Assembly: GCA_964445675.1 (NCBI GenBank)
Contig: CAYUMA010000564.1
Coordinates: 1-43,034, forward strand
Source: an uncultured Pseudomonadales bacterium
GTDB taxonomy: Bacteria > Pseudomonadota > Gammaproteobacteria > Pseudomonadales > Azotimanducaceae
DNA length: 43,034 bases
Reading direction: 5' to 3'
The position numbers and the translations under genes were made by a program. The notes beneath the pieces are model-generated. The model ran no database searches. It was not told the DNA's origin and saw only the letters and a program-made list of their open reading frames with translations. Below are positions 25,846 through 34,452 of the stretch, one piece after another (positions within the stretch are counted from its first letter, which is position 1; every line of letters begins with the position of its first letter).

Positions 25846-26334
25846 TCAAAACCCGAAATCATCTTGCTCAGTTCCATCGGGAATCGAAGCCTGAGTTGCC
25901 GACATCCGATCCACGTGCTGGTCGTCGTCCAGACGTACGAGTAGCGGTTCGTCGCGGTGTCTTACCTCAACGTACTTCCAGGCGCACGAGAGCGTTTCTT
26001 CGATGACATCGACTGGCGCACCCGTCGTGCAAGCGACTGCGTGCCAAGTCGGATAGCTGGCGGCAAAGATATCGAGGCCCTGGTTGCCAATGAGGCTGAA
26101 CTTGACCGGGACGGCGCTGCCGGCCTTGGCGCGATTGATCACCGGCAGATTGTCAACCGGTTGGAAGAAGCCGCTGAACTGGAACACCACCGTGTAGCTG
26201 ACGCTCGCGGAGTTCTCGTTGCCGGCTTTGTCCGTCACTGTGCAGCTGCGAAGAACATCCAGGACGAACGCATCGTCGGATTGTGTGAAGGGCTGCAGCT
26301 CGACCGCGTCGCCAACGAGTACGGCGCCATCGCA
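25846..26334 (-). pseudogene. 5'-truncated fragment of a PxKF-domain (Ig-like surface protein) gene
   Basis: CTVTDKAGNENSASVSYTVVFQFSGFFQPVDNLPVINRAKAGSAVPVKFSLIGNQGLDIFAASYP...APVDVIEET carries the PxKF signature (PVKF). There is no plausible N-terminus or signal peptide, and the upstream part of the track ORF is antisense to the IstB remnant. Confidence 0.55.
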
Positions 26335-26634
26335 CAAGCTTCGGCCGATGCATCGGCGACTTTCAGCGACTTTCTCGAGCGCGTGTTGAGAGTCGAATGC
26401 GATGCGCGTCATGAGCGGTCGCGGCAGACGCTGCTCAAGTTCGCGACACTGCCGGCGATCAAGACGTTGGAAGGCTATGACTTCAACTTCGCCAGTGTCG
26501 CGCCCAAAACCCAGATCCAGGAACTGGCGAGTCTGTCGTTTTTGATTCGGTCTGGGCCTGGGCGCGGATGCAACAAAGAGTCGCATTCAGCGATTCGCGA
26601 TACGCCTACTGAAAGCGGCTTGAGATCACGCTAA
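26329..26634 (+). mobile_element. istB: Remnant of an IS21-family istB helper-ATPase gene: N-terminal segment only, Walker region degenerate or missing
   Basis: SATFSDFLERVLRVECDARHERSRQTLLKFATLPAIKTLEGYDFNFASVAPKTQIQELASLSFL matches the conserved IstB N-terminal region. The expected GPxGxGKTHLA is replaced by SGPGRGCNKESHS. No istA and no inverted repeats were seen. Confidence 0.55.
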
Positions 26635-27773
26635 GGCGCCTCGAGGTATGCCGCGACGGCGGTGTGTACAAACGCACGGATCTCACCGGCAGATTTCGCT
26701 TCCCCGGCTTCGAGCGCACCCGCAAATTCGAAGAGCGGCAAAAAGAGTTGCCGTTGGTCCGGCTGGCCCCGCAATACGATGGTGCCGTCTGCGATGTAGG
26801 TGGCCCATTCGGCGCGTACGGCTTCCCACAGCGGTGCGGTGCGTGTCCAGTAATGGTCGGCCGGCGTCCAATCGAAGTCGATGATGGACTCGTAACGGTT
26901 CAGACCGAACTCGCGCACCAGCACAGGCGCGTTGGGCACGGCGTTGCCCGCCTCATCGAGTTCAACCTTCAGGTTGAGCTCTTCCTGAATCCAACCCGTC
27001 GGCGTGATCGTGTGCCGGTTCGATCCCGACAACACGTGATAGTCGCTGCGCACACTGAACTCGCGACGCGGTAACGGACGCCACTCCTCGCCGCTCACCC
27101 ACGTGGAGTAGTTGCCGAAGTGTTGCCACCGACCCACGCCGGAATAACGCGGCGAATCGTCCACTTGCCATACACTTTGCACCCATGCCCCCGTGCGATC
27201 GACGCCGGGCAAGGCGACGATCTGCCAGCGATTTCGGCCTCGATACACGACGCGCTCGAGTGCTTCGTACGTCCAGTTCTGACGCCAGTGTTTGGTCACG
27301 AGCGGGCCGCGTAGCGTTCCGGCCTTATCGATCGCGTTCATCACGAGGATGTGTTGCAACGAGATTGCGCGACCGGTGTCGGCGATCACGTACACCTTCT
27401 CGGTGCCCCAACTTTGAAACGGCCGGTCGGGTTTGAACGCGTCCCGGAACCCGGCCACCTCGATGAAATCGAACGTGGCTCGGTATTCGCCGGCCATCGC
27501 GAGGATCGCACGACGGTCCCGCTCGAAAGCGGAAAGAGCGGGTTCCGACAGGTGGTGCCACTCCGCGCGCGGCGTTGTCGCCAACGTAACGACCTGGCCT
27601 TTCGTCGTGCCGCCACGCGGCCGCATTGCGTTGTCGTCTGCGAACGGCCAGGCAAACGTGTACTGCCGCGTCGCCGCTGCCAACGGCGCGGCCCGCTCCG
27701 CGTCCGCCGCATGGACGCCGGGCGTCAGCAGGACGAGGAGCGCGCACACGCGGAACTTTGCCAGCCCGCTCAT
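26631..27773 (-). CDS. Secreted hypothetical protein (~380 aa), Trp/Arg-rich
   Basis: ATG 27773 gives the signal peptide MSGLAKFRVCALLVLLTPGVHA|AD. The track ORF start at 28073 adds 100 non-signal residues and was rejected. No family assigned with confidence. Confidence 0.55.
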   Translation of the reverse strand: MSGLAKFRVCALLVLLTPGVHAADAERAAPLAAATRQYTFAWPFADDNAMRPRGGTTKGQVVTLATTPRAEWHHLSEPALSAFERDRRAILAMAGEYRATFDFIEVAGFRDAFKPDRPFQSWGTEKVYVIADTGRAISLQHILVMNAIDKAGTLRGPLVTKHWRQNWTYEALERVVYRGRNRWQIVALPGVDRTGAWVQSVWQVDDSPRYSGVGRWQHFGNYSTWVSGEEWRPLPRREFSVRSDYHVLSGSNRHTITPTGWIQEELNLKVELDEAGNAVPNAPVLVREFGLNRYESIIDFDWTPADHYWTRTAPLWEAVRAEWATYIADGTIVLRGQPDQRQLFLPLFEFAGALEAGEAKSAGEIRAFVHTAVAAYLEAP

Positions 27774-28069
27774 CGTGGCACTCGTGCCAAATCCTCGCGG
27801 AGGCGTATTGCGGCAGCGAAGTAGTGAGCGGCACTCGGTCGCGGTGAATCCATCCGACAGAATACCCCTGGCCCAAGGCCCGAGTCCGAGATCCATGAAA
27901 TTCAATACGAAGGACAGCAGCTCGACGCGACGGCGCCCATGCGGTGGGTCAACGCGAGTACCGGTCCGGTTTGTATGTACACCAGCAGCCAACGTGTAGC
28001 ATCTCTTCAAGATCCAGGCGTCGAGGCTCCTGCGCCTGTCCCGGTGAGCGCGGACACAGCCGCGGGCGT

Positions 28070-28726
28070 TCATTTCGTAAAGCGGGCATTTTCCATGAGC
28101 ACTTTGTACTCGTAACCGGCCCCGAGATTCACATTGGTTTTCAGCAGGCCCACCGCCGTGACGATGTCACCGACCGCGGCCTCCTCCTGGGTCGTGGCGA
28201 CGATGGCGTCGTCGGGAGATTGGCCCGTGCCATCGGACAAGGTCACCCAGTTCATGCCTAGAATATGGGGATTGACCTTGATCACCTTGGCCCGCAGCGC
28301 GACAGTTTTGCCTGCCAATGTCGCCGAAGTCTCGAAGATCTTCTCCACCGTTGTACCGTCGGCGGCACGCGCTGTTTCGAGATCAATGCCCTGATGGATG
28401 GCGTCCGGAGGCAGGTCCTTGCCGACAACATGGATACGCGAGACGAAGCGTATGGATTCAAATGTCTTGTTCAGTGCCTTGCTCGTGAAGGCCTGCATGA
28501 CATCGCCGCCGGCGTACTCGACTTGATCGCCGACTACGGCCGTCAGGGGTTGGGTGGCGAGCCAGTGTTGCTCGCCGGCCTCCTCGATTTGCAGATAGGT
28601 GTAGCTGCCGGCGCGCTCTGCAGAGATCACGGTGCCGGAATGGACGGCATCGTCGTCGGCATGTCCGGCAGCCGCGTACAACAGGACCGCAATGACGGCG
28701 GTTGCGATTGATCTGGGCTTGTTCAT
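28070..28726 (-). CDS. Secreted protein with two similar beta-rich (OB-like) halves
   Basis: ATGA overlap with the upstream gene. Signal peptide MNKPRSIATAVIAVLLYAAAGHA. Half 1: GTVISAERAGSYTYLQIEEAGEQHWLAT...AVVGDQVEY. Half 2: GKTVALRAKVIKVNPHILGMNWVTLSDGTGQ...IVAT...AAVGDIVTA. Confidence 0.6.
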   Translation of the reverse strand: MNKPRSIATAVIAVLLYAAAGHADDDAVHSGTVISAERAGSYTYLQIEEAGEQHWLATQPLTAVVGDQVEYAGGDVMQAFTSKALNKTFESIRFVSRIHVVGKDLPPDAIHQGIDLETARAADGTTVEKIFETSATLAGKTVALRAKVIKVNPHILGMNWVTLSDGTGQSPDDAIVATTQEEAAVGDIVTAVGLLKTNVNLGAGYEYKVLMENARFTK

Positions 28727-31599
28727 TTTTTCTCCAAGCGTTCTCGAAAAACTGAGAGATTGTCCCGGGCAACCTGATTCCCGGGGTCTAGGCTCACGGC
28801 CACCGTGGCCTCCCGCACGGCATCCTGCATCCTGCCGCGTTGCGCATAAAGCACCGCGAGGTTGTTCCGCAGACCGGCAGAATCGTGACCTAGGGCGAGT
28901 GCATTTTGTAGATTGGTATGAGCGCTTTGCGCATTGCCGGTCTGGAGATAGAGGGTACCCAGGTGTGAGTAGGCCTCGCCGAGATCCGGTCTGAGCGCCG
29001 CGGCTCGCTCAAAGGACGCGATAGCGCCGGTCAAGTCACCGGTCTGCATGCGCAGCAGGGCGAGGACAAAAGGGGCCTGATCGTCGGCCGGATTGAGCTC
29101 GGCGGCGCGCGCCAGCGCACCCTTGGCATTGGCAATCGATCGATGGGCAGCCAAGGTCCGCCCCCAGTCCTTCAACACCTCCGCCGCTCGAGCCGCTTCG
29201 CCTGCGCCGACGCGGGTGGCCGGAAACGATTCGGCGGACTTGCTTTTCTGCAAGGCCTGGATGTTCTCGCGCTGCGCGGTCGGAGAATAGAGCGAGCGGG
29301 GCGCGCGGTACTCCAGCAGCGGCAGGTTGTCCGTGTTTAGTGCCCCCGTCCGGGCGTAGTCGCGTGCCTCGTCGGCGTTCAGCATAAAGGAACTGAACAG
29401 GGAAGCGGCATCCGGGTAGCCGATCCGAGCTAGGCTGGCCGCTACGCGCGAATCCTTTGCGAACAGGCCATCCAAGGCCAGCGGATCGATCTCGATCGGT
29501 TCGGTGCTGCCGAGGAAGATGACGTCCGGAAACCCGGGATCAGCCCATAGGGTGACATACGGAAAGACGGACCTGAAGGTCCGCACCACCAGCCTAAAGG
29601 TCTCGACATCGACGCCGTACAGATGCATCCACTGCGCCATCAGTCCACCCGGTTTCAGGCTGCTGCGGGCATGCATGAAGGCCTCGCGCGTGAACAGTCG
29701 CGACGACCCGGACTGCCAGGGGTTCGAGGGCTCCGAGATAATGACATCGTACTGGTATCGGGCGGCGGCGAGATAGGAGCGACCATCGTCAACGATAAGG
29801 TTGAAGCGGCTGTCATCCATAATGTGAAAATTTTCGGCATCGAAGAACCGGCTGGCCTCCTGCATGGCTGGTTCGATTTCGACGCAGTCGATACGCTCCA
29901 CCGGATGGCGGGCGACCGCACCGGCGGTGATCCCGCTCGCGTAGCCGATGACCAGCACGTCCCGCGCCTGCGGTTCGACCAAGAAGGGCAGATGCCCGAT
30001 GATGACCTGGGTGGTCATGTCCCGGTAGTTGCCCGCGTCGGTCTTGCCGTCCACCACCAAGCGCACGTGCAAGCCCTCGCGGATCACCGAGACCGTCGCC
30101 ATCGGCCCCTCCCGGTAATAGAGTTGCTCGATCCGGGCAAGCCGTTGCTCGATGGGCATTTGTTGGTACTGGACCGCGTACGCATAAGGGCCGCTGGTCA
30201 TCTTCAGCCGGTCCCAGGGCGGCTGCCATACCAGCAACAGCAGCATGCAGGCTGTCGCCAATGCTGGCGCCGGGACATGTTTCCCCTCGCGCCGCCGTAC
30301 CAGGACATACAGCGACAGTCCCAGCCCGCAAACAAGGTTGAGATACACGGTGAGCAGCAGAGTCTGCTGTATTCCCAACCGCGGCAGCAGGACGAACCCG
30401 GCCAGGAGCGCACCGAGGATGGCGCCGATGGTGTTGCCCGCGTAAAGCAGGCCAATTCTCCGGCCGCTGCTGCCGAACTGCTCGACCACCAGCGCACTGG
30501 CCACCGGGAAGGAAGCGCCCATGAACAGCGTGGCCGGCACCATGACCACAAAGCAAAGCAGGAAATTGGCAAGCAGGAACAGGGAGTAGTTCTTGCCGAC
30601 CGCTCCGAAGAGTGCGACGAAGGCGTCGGGCAGCAATCCGAACGTGGCCGCAGTCCCGAGTGCCAGCAGGCCGATCAACACCTGGCACCAGGCGAGCAGG
30701 CTCAGACCGGGCTCTTGACGTGCGGCATAGCGGCCGACCAGCGCGCTGCCAAGTGTAATGCCGATCAGGAAGGTCGCCAGCATGGCGGTGCGGGCATAGG
30801 TCGACGAACCGATCACCAGGGTCAACACTCGCGTCCAGGCCACCTCGTAGATCAGCGCCGCCATGCCGGAGAAAAACAACATCACAACGGCCAACACAGC
30901 TCGGGCGGACCATCGGGAAGCGTCGACCGCCTGTGGCGAAGCAGGTGCGGGCGGTGCCGGGGGTGCCACGGCCAGGCGCATACGCGGCATGCGGTAGGCG
31001 AAGATGAAGATCGCGATATTGACCAGTCCCGCCGCCAGCAGAAGCGCCTGTATACCCATCAGCTGCAGCAACAGCAGACCCGCCGCGAGAGTGCCAAGCA
31101 CTGCGCCGAGGGTATTGATGAAATACAGTCGCGCGATGGACCGGGCAGTGTTGCCGCCACCCTCATCCGCGCGCAGAAATACCTTGGACAGCACCGGCAG
31201 GGTCCCGCCCATCAGCAGCGTCGGCGGCAGCACCAGCAGCGCGGACAGCGCGAGGCGTTGCAGCACCGCCGCCCAGAAACCGGGCGCCGCATCGTCGTTG
31301 ATCAGCAGATACATCTGCTGGATGGTGGCGAAGGTCAGCGGGGTGGCCATCGCCAGCAGGCCGATGCCCAATTCGAGCTTGCCATACAAGCGCAGCGGCT
31401 CGGCCGTGTGGTCCGCCTTTCTGCCGAGCACCGCGGCGCCGATCGCCAACCCGCCCATGAAAACGGCCAGCACGGAGCTCACCGCCAGGATCGTGGAGCC
31501 GAAGAACAGGGTCAACAGGCGCGTCCACACCACCTGGTAGACGAGGGCGGTTGCCCCCGAGAGCAGGATCAGGAACTGGAGCTTGCGGTGCTGCGTCAC
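28723..31599 (-). CDS. Fused polytopic (MFS-like, ~14 TM) / spermidine-synthase-like / TPR protein
   Basis: GTG start. Two blocks of ~7 TM helices (aa 1-210 and ~245-470). Class I methyltransferase / spermidine-synthase-like core: DVLVIGYASGITAGAV...RIDCVEIEPAM...YDVIISEPSNPWQSG...LKPGGLMAQW. C-terminal TPR repeats: AEVLKDWGRTL...NPADDQAPFVLALLRMQTGDLTGAIASFERAAALRPDLGEAYSHLGTLYLQTGNAQSA... Confidence 0.8.
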   Translation of the reverse strand: MTQHRKLQFLILLSGATALVYQVVWTRLLTLFFGSTILAVSSVLAVFMGGLAIGAAVLGRKADHTAEPLRLYGKLELGIGLLAMATPLTFATIQQMYLLINDDAAPGFWAAVLQRLALSALLVLPPTLLMGGTLPVLSKVFLRADEGGGNTARSIARLYFINTLGAVLGTLAAGLLLLQLMGIQALLLAAGLVNIAIFIFAYRMPRMRLAVAPPAPPAPASPQAVDASRWSARAVLAVVMLFFSGMAALIYEVAWTRVLTLVIGSSTYARTAMLATFLIGITLGSALVGRYAARQEPGLSLLAWCQVLIGLLALGTAATFGLLPDAFVALFGAVGKNYSLFLLANFLLCFVVMVPATLFMGASFPVASALVVEQFGSSGRRIGLLYAGNTIGAILGALLAGFVLLPRLGIQQTLLLTVYLNLVCGLGLSLYVLVRRREGKHVPAPALATACMLLLLVWQPPWDRLKMTSGPYAYAVQYQQMPIEQRLARIEQLYYREGPMATVSVIREGLHVRLVVDGKTDAGNYRDMTTQVIIGHLPFLVEPQARDVLVIGYASGITAGAVARHPVERIDCVEIEPAMQEASRFFDAENFHIMDDSRFNLIVDDGRSYLAAARYQYDVIISEPSNPWQSGSSRLFTREAFMHARSSLKPGGLMAQWMHLYGVDVETFRLVVRTFRSVFPYVTLWADPGFPDVIFLGSTEPIEIDPLALDGLFAKDSRVAASLARIGYPDAASLFSSFMLNADEARDYARTGALNTDNLPLLEYRAPRSLYSPTAQRENIQALQKSKSAESFPATRVGAGEAARAAEVLKDWGRTLAAHRSIANAKGALARAAELNPADDQAPFVLALLRMQTGDLTGAIASFERAAALRPDLGEAYSHLGTLYLQTGNAQSAHTNLQNALALGHDSAGLRNNLAVLYAQRGRMQDAVREATVAVSLDPGNQVARDNLSVFRERLEKK

Positions 31600-31687
31600 G
31601 TGCAGGCCCGGTTGCCGCCAGTGCCGCGGTCAGGCACCGACGGGCATACGAATCCCCACGACCTGCTGACCATTGAGGTGTCCCTGG

Positions 31688-33397
31688 TCACGGTGTCAGC
31701 GCTGCGTGGTCCTTGCCGTGGCAGCTCAAATAGCACTGGCCGGTGAAAATCCCGGTGTCCTGGTAATACAGCCGGCCCATGCTGTCGGGCTGCACGATGT
31801 TCAGGTCGAAGTTGATGAGATGGGCATTGTTGACTGCGTTGCCTTGGCTGGCGCCGATGCCGTGTGGATCGTGACAGGCGGAGCAAGGCGTGTTGCTGGT
31901 CACGATGTGCCGGTAGTGCTCCTTGAAGCTCTGATCGGCGAGGATGCCGGCGCGGCTGTGGCAGCCATAACAGAGTTCGTAGGTGTCCGGCCTTTCCGTG
32001 GTGTTGTCCGCGGTCAGGTAGTTCTTTGCCAGCAGATAGGGGTTGTTCGAGCCATGCGGTCCCCGGGGTCCGAAGGGGTCGTCGTTGCTGTGGCAGTCGG
32101 TGCAGGAAATCCGGCTGGATGTGGTATAGGGCGGCAGTAGGCTCGGCACATTCGGATTGACGCCGACCGCCGTCACCGGATGGAACGAGGGGTTAGCCGG
32201 ATCGAATTCCAGACGGGTATTCAACTGCGGGAGCTGACGCGTAATGGGCAGGCTGTTGCTGACGTTGTTGTCGGCGTGGCACTTGAAGCAAATCTCGTAC
32301 TCGTTCTGGGCATACCCGACCGCCAGGCCCGCCGCATCGATCCCGCTGACCCCCTGGGTGGCACCGGACACGAACGGTGCGCCGCGTGAGGGCGCGGCGT
32401 TGGTCTGGTGCGGGTTATGGCAATCGGCGCATTCGACGTGCTTCGGCGCACCGCCGTTGGCGAAGTCTTCAGCGGCGTCATGCACGCCTGTGTAATTCTG
32501 CACGAAGTGACCGTAGAGCTTGGTCACTTCGTCGCCAATGTTCTTGGTCGCCACGTTGCCGGTATGACAGACCAGGCAGTTGTCTTCTTCGGTGGCGTAG
32601 TTCATTAGCTGCGAATGACCGCCCGCCGCGTGCGAGACGTGGCAGCTGCTGCAGCCGTTCTCCGCCACCGTGTCGTAGGGTAAGCCGGGCCAGGGGTCGG
32701 CGCCGCTACCGTTCCACTGCTGGCTCGAGAGCGCATGCCCGCTCAGCAGCCAGCCGTCGTTGACATGGCAGCTGGTGCACAGGGCGGAGTATTGATTGGA
32801 CATCACCAGAAACTTGCCATAGAGGTCATCGTGCGGGTCATGGCAGGCTGTGCACTGCAGCTCCCGGTTCCTGTCCAGTCTCACCTGCGGCGGCAGATTG
32901 CTCGGGTCGGCCAGCTCCGGGTTGCCCGCGGCGAGGGTGCTGTCGTAGGCGAACGATACCGGGTGATCGTCCGACAGGTCGGAGCCGAGCCGGGTGCGAC
33001 CTTCCGGGATAAAGCGCATGCCACCCGCGAAGGGCACCTCCGCGGGGCGAGTCAGCAACGCGCCCAAAGCGACGGTGCCGTCATGACAGCTCAGGCACAG
33101 CTTGGAGGCGCCCGTCGGCTGCCCTACCGTTGCCTGCAGCGTGGAACTCTGGTACGGGGTGTAGTTGGTCGTCGTATCTTGTCGGTTCCACAGGAAGGGG
33201 ACGTCCCGCCGCGCACTATGGGGCACGTGGCAGAACACGCAGACCTCCCCTTCGGTGGTCGATTTCACCGGTCCAGGTCCAGAGATTGACAGGTTGTGTC
33301 GAGTGTCCAGGATGCTGGCCAGGGGCAGGGTGTCTGGAATGCCCGCGATGATCAGCCCGAGCATGCTCGCACCGAGTAGCCGTGGCGTGATGCTCAT
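31688..33397 (-). CDS. Multihaem c-type cytochrome with 12 haem-binding sites (11 CXXCH + 1 CX3CH), doubled-CXXCH/OmcS-like N-terminal module
   Basis: Motifs in order: CVFCH, CLSCH, CTACH, CTSCH, CSSCH, CLVCH, CADCH, CFKCH, CTDCH, CYGCH, CSACH, CYLSCH. Hydrophobic N-terminus LLGASMLGLIIAGI. ATGA overlap with the upstream NHL gene. Confidence 0.9.
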   Translation of the reverse strand: MSITPRLLGASMLGLIIAGIPDTLPLASILDTRHNLSISGPGPVKSTTEGEVCVFCHVPHSARRDVPFLWNRQDTTTNYTPYQSSTLQATVGQPTGASKLCLSCHDGTVALGALLTRPAEVPFAGGMRFIPEGRTRLGSDLSDDHPVSFAYDSTLAAGNPELADPSNLPPQVRLDRNRELQCTACHDPHDDLYGKFLVMSNQYSALCTSCHVNDGWLLSGHALSSQQWNGSGADPWPGLPYDTVAENGCSSCHVSHAAGGHSQLMNYATEEDNCLVCHTGNVATKNIGDEVTKLYGHFVQNYTGVHDAAEDFANGGAPKHVECADCHNPHQTNAAPSRGAPFVSGATQGVSGIDAAGLAVGYAQNEYEICFKCHADNNVSNSLPITRQLPQLNTRLEFDPANPSFHPVTAVGVNPNVPSLLPPYTTSSRISCTDCHSNDDPFGPRGPHGSNNPYLLAKNYLTADNTTERPDTYELCYGCHSRAGILADQSFKEHYRHIVTSNTPCSACHDPHGIGASQGNAVNNAHLINFDLNIVQPDSMGRLYYQDTGIFTGQCYLSCHGKDHAALTP

Positions 33398-34452
33398 GGG
33401 AGCTTCGCATCCGTCACATACTGGAAGACCTGGACCCTCTGGTTGTAGGTGTCCGAAACATAGATACGATCGTGGCTGTCAATGAATATGCCCGACGGCA
33501 GCCAGAACTCGCCGGGCGCCTGCCCGGACTTGCCAAAGGCCATCAACAGCCGCCCGTCCCGATCGAACACCTGGACGTTGTCAAACAAAGCATCGACGAC
33601 ATAGATATTCCCATCGCTGTCTACGGCTACGCCCTTCGGCCGGGCAAACTGGCCGAGGCTGTCGCCCGGCGCCCCGAACGCACGCAGGTATCCGCCCTCT
33701 GCGCTCAGGATCTGGATCCGGAAGTTGAGCGAATCGGTTACGAGCATCTGGCCGTCTGGCGTCACCACGATATGGGTCGGAGAGTGAAAGCTGCCAGCCT
33801 CGGTTCCTTCCGTGCCGATGACGCCCTTGAACTCGTGGTCGGGCAGCCCGTAGCGCAGGATGCCGGGATTGACGGCATCCACGACCAACAGTTCATCGGT
33901 CAGTGGATTGATCGTCACGCCCGTGGGTCGGCGCATACCGGCGCTGCGGATTGCCCCGACCTGCTCTGCACCGCCCTCGGTGAAGACCCAGACCACCGCC
34001 TGTGCCGAATCGGTCACGTAGACCCGGGCCCTGCGGTTATCGACCGCGATGCCCACGGGTGACACCAGCACAGGCTCGCGCTGTGGGAACAAACGATACT
34101 TATGCGCCCGCGGGTCGTACACGTGGATCTTCTTCAGAAAATTGTCCACGACATAGAGTCGACCCGCCGCGTCCACGGCGAGGCCGTGAGGGTTGACGAT
34201 AGGCGTTGGCCGTTTGCCCGACAGGATGCGCAGCAAGTTGCCGAGGGCGCCGTCCCTGATGCCCATATCGGCTGGCTGCGCAACGGTGTTGACAAAACTG
34301 ATCCGGGGGACCTCGGGGGGGGCGGGCCAAAGAATGACAGCGTTGGGTGGGCGCTCTGTCGCGGGCCGGTTCGCGCAGCCGGCGTTGAATCCGACCAGAC
34401 CCGCACCCAACACGGCGAACAGACAACCGTGCATCAGGCGTCCGTGACTCAT
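33394..34452 (-). CDS. NHL-repeat beta-propeller lipoprotein (paralog 1)
   Basis: ATG at 34452 shares one base with the barrel gene's stop (TGATG). Lipobox LVGFNAGC. NHL repeats, e.g. PHGLAVDAAGRLYVVDNFLKKIHVYD, PTHIVVTPDGQMLVTDSLNFRIQIL, PKGVAVDSDGNIYVVDALFDNVQVFD, PSGIFIDSHDRIYVSDTYNQRVQVF. Confidence 0.85.
   Translation of the reverse strand: MSHGRLMHGCLFAVLGAGLVGFNAGCANRPATERPPNAVILWPAPPEVPRISFVNTVAQPADMGIRDGALGNLLRILSGKRPTPIVNPHGLAVDAAGRLYVVDNFLKKIHVYDPRAHKYRLFPQREPVLVSPVGIAVDNRRARVYVTDSAQAVVWVFTEGGAEQVGAIRSAGMRRPTGVTINPLTDELLVVDAVNPGILRYGLPDHEFKGVIGTEGTEAGSFHSPTHIVVTPDGQMLVTDSLNFRIQILSAEGGYLRAFGAPGDSLGQFARPKGVAVDSDGNIYVVDALFDNVQVFDRDGRLLMAFGKSGQAPGEFWLPSGIFIDSHDRIYVSDTYNQRVQVFQYVTDAKLP

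Noticed and set aside
25957-26634. Treating the 225-aa + strand ORF or the 246-aa - strand ORF (25846-26586) as intact genes.
   Set aside because: Each has recognisable homology over only part of its length (IstB N-terminus; PxKF/Ig-like C-terminus), and the remainders are antisense to each other. They are better explained as two abutting gene fragments.
27776-27789. Perfect palindrome TGGCAC-TC-GTGCCA, resembling the sigma-54 -24 box.
   Set aside because: It sits only 3 nt upstream of the ATG at 27773 and there is no TTGC element at the right spacing. It is too close to be a promoter for that gene, and any role as an operator or hairpin is unproven.
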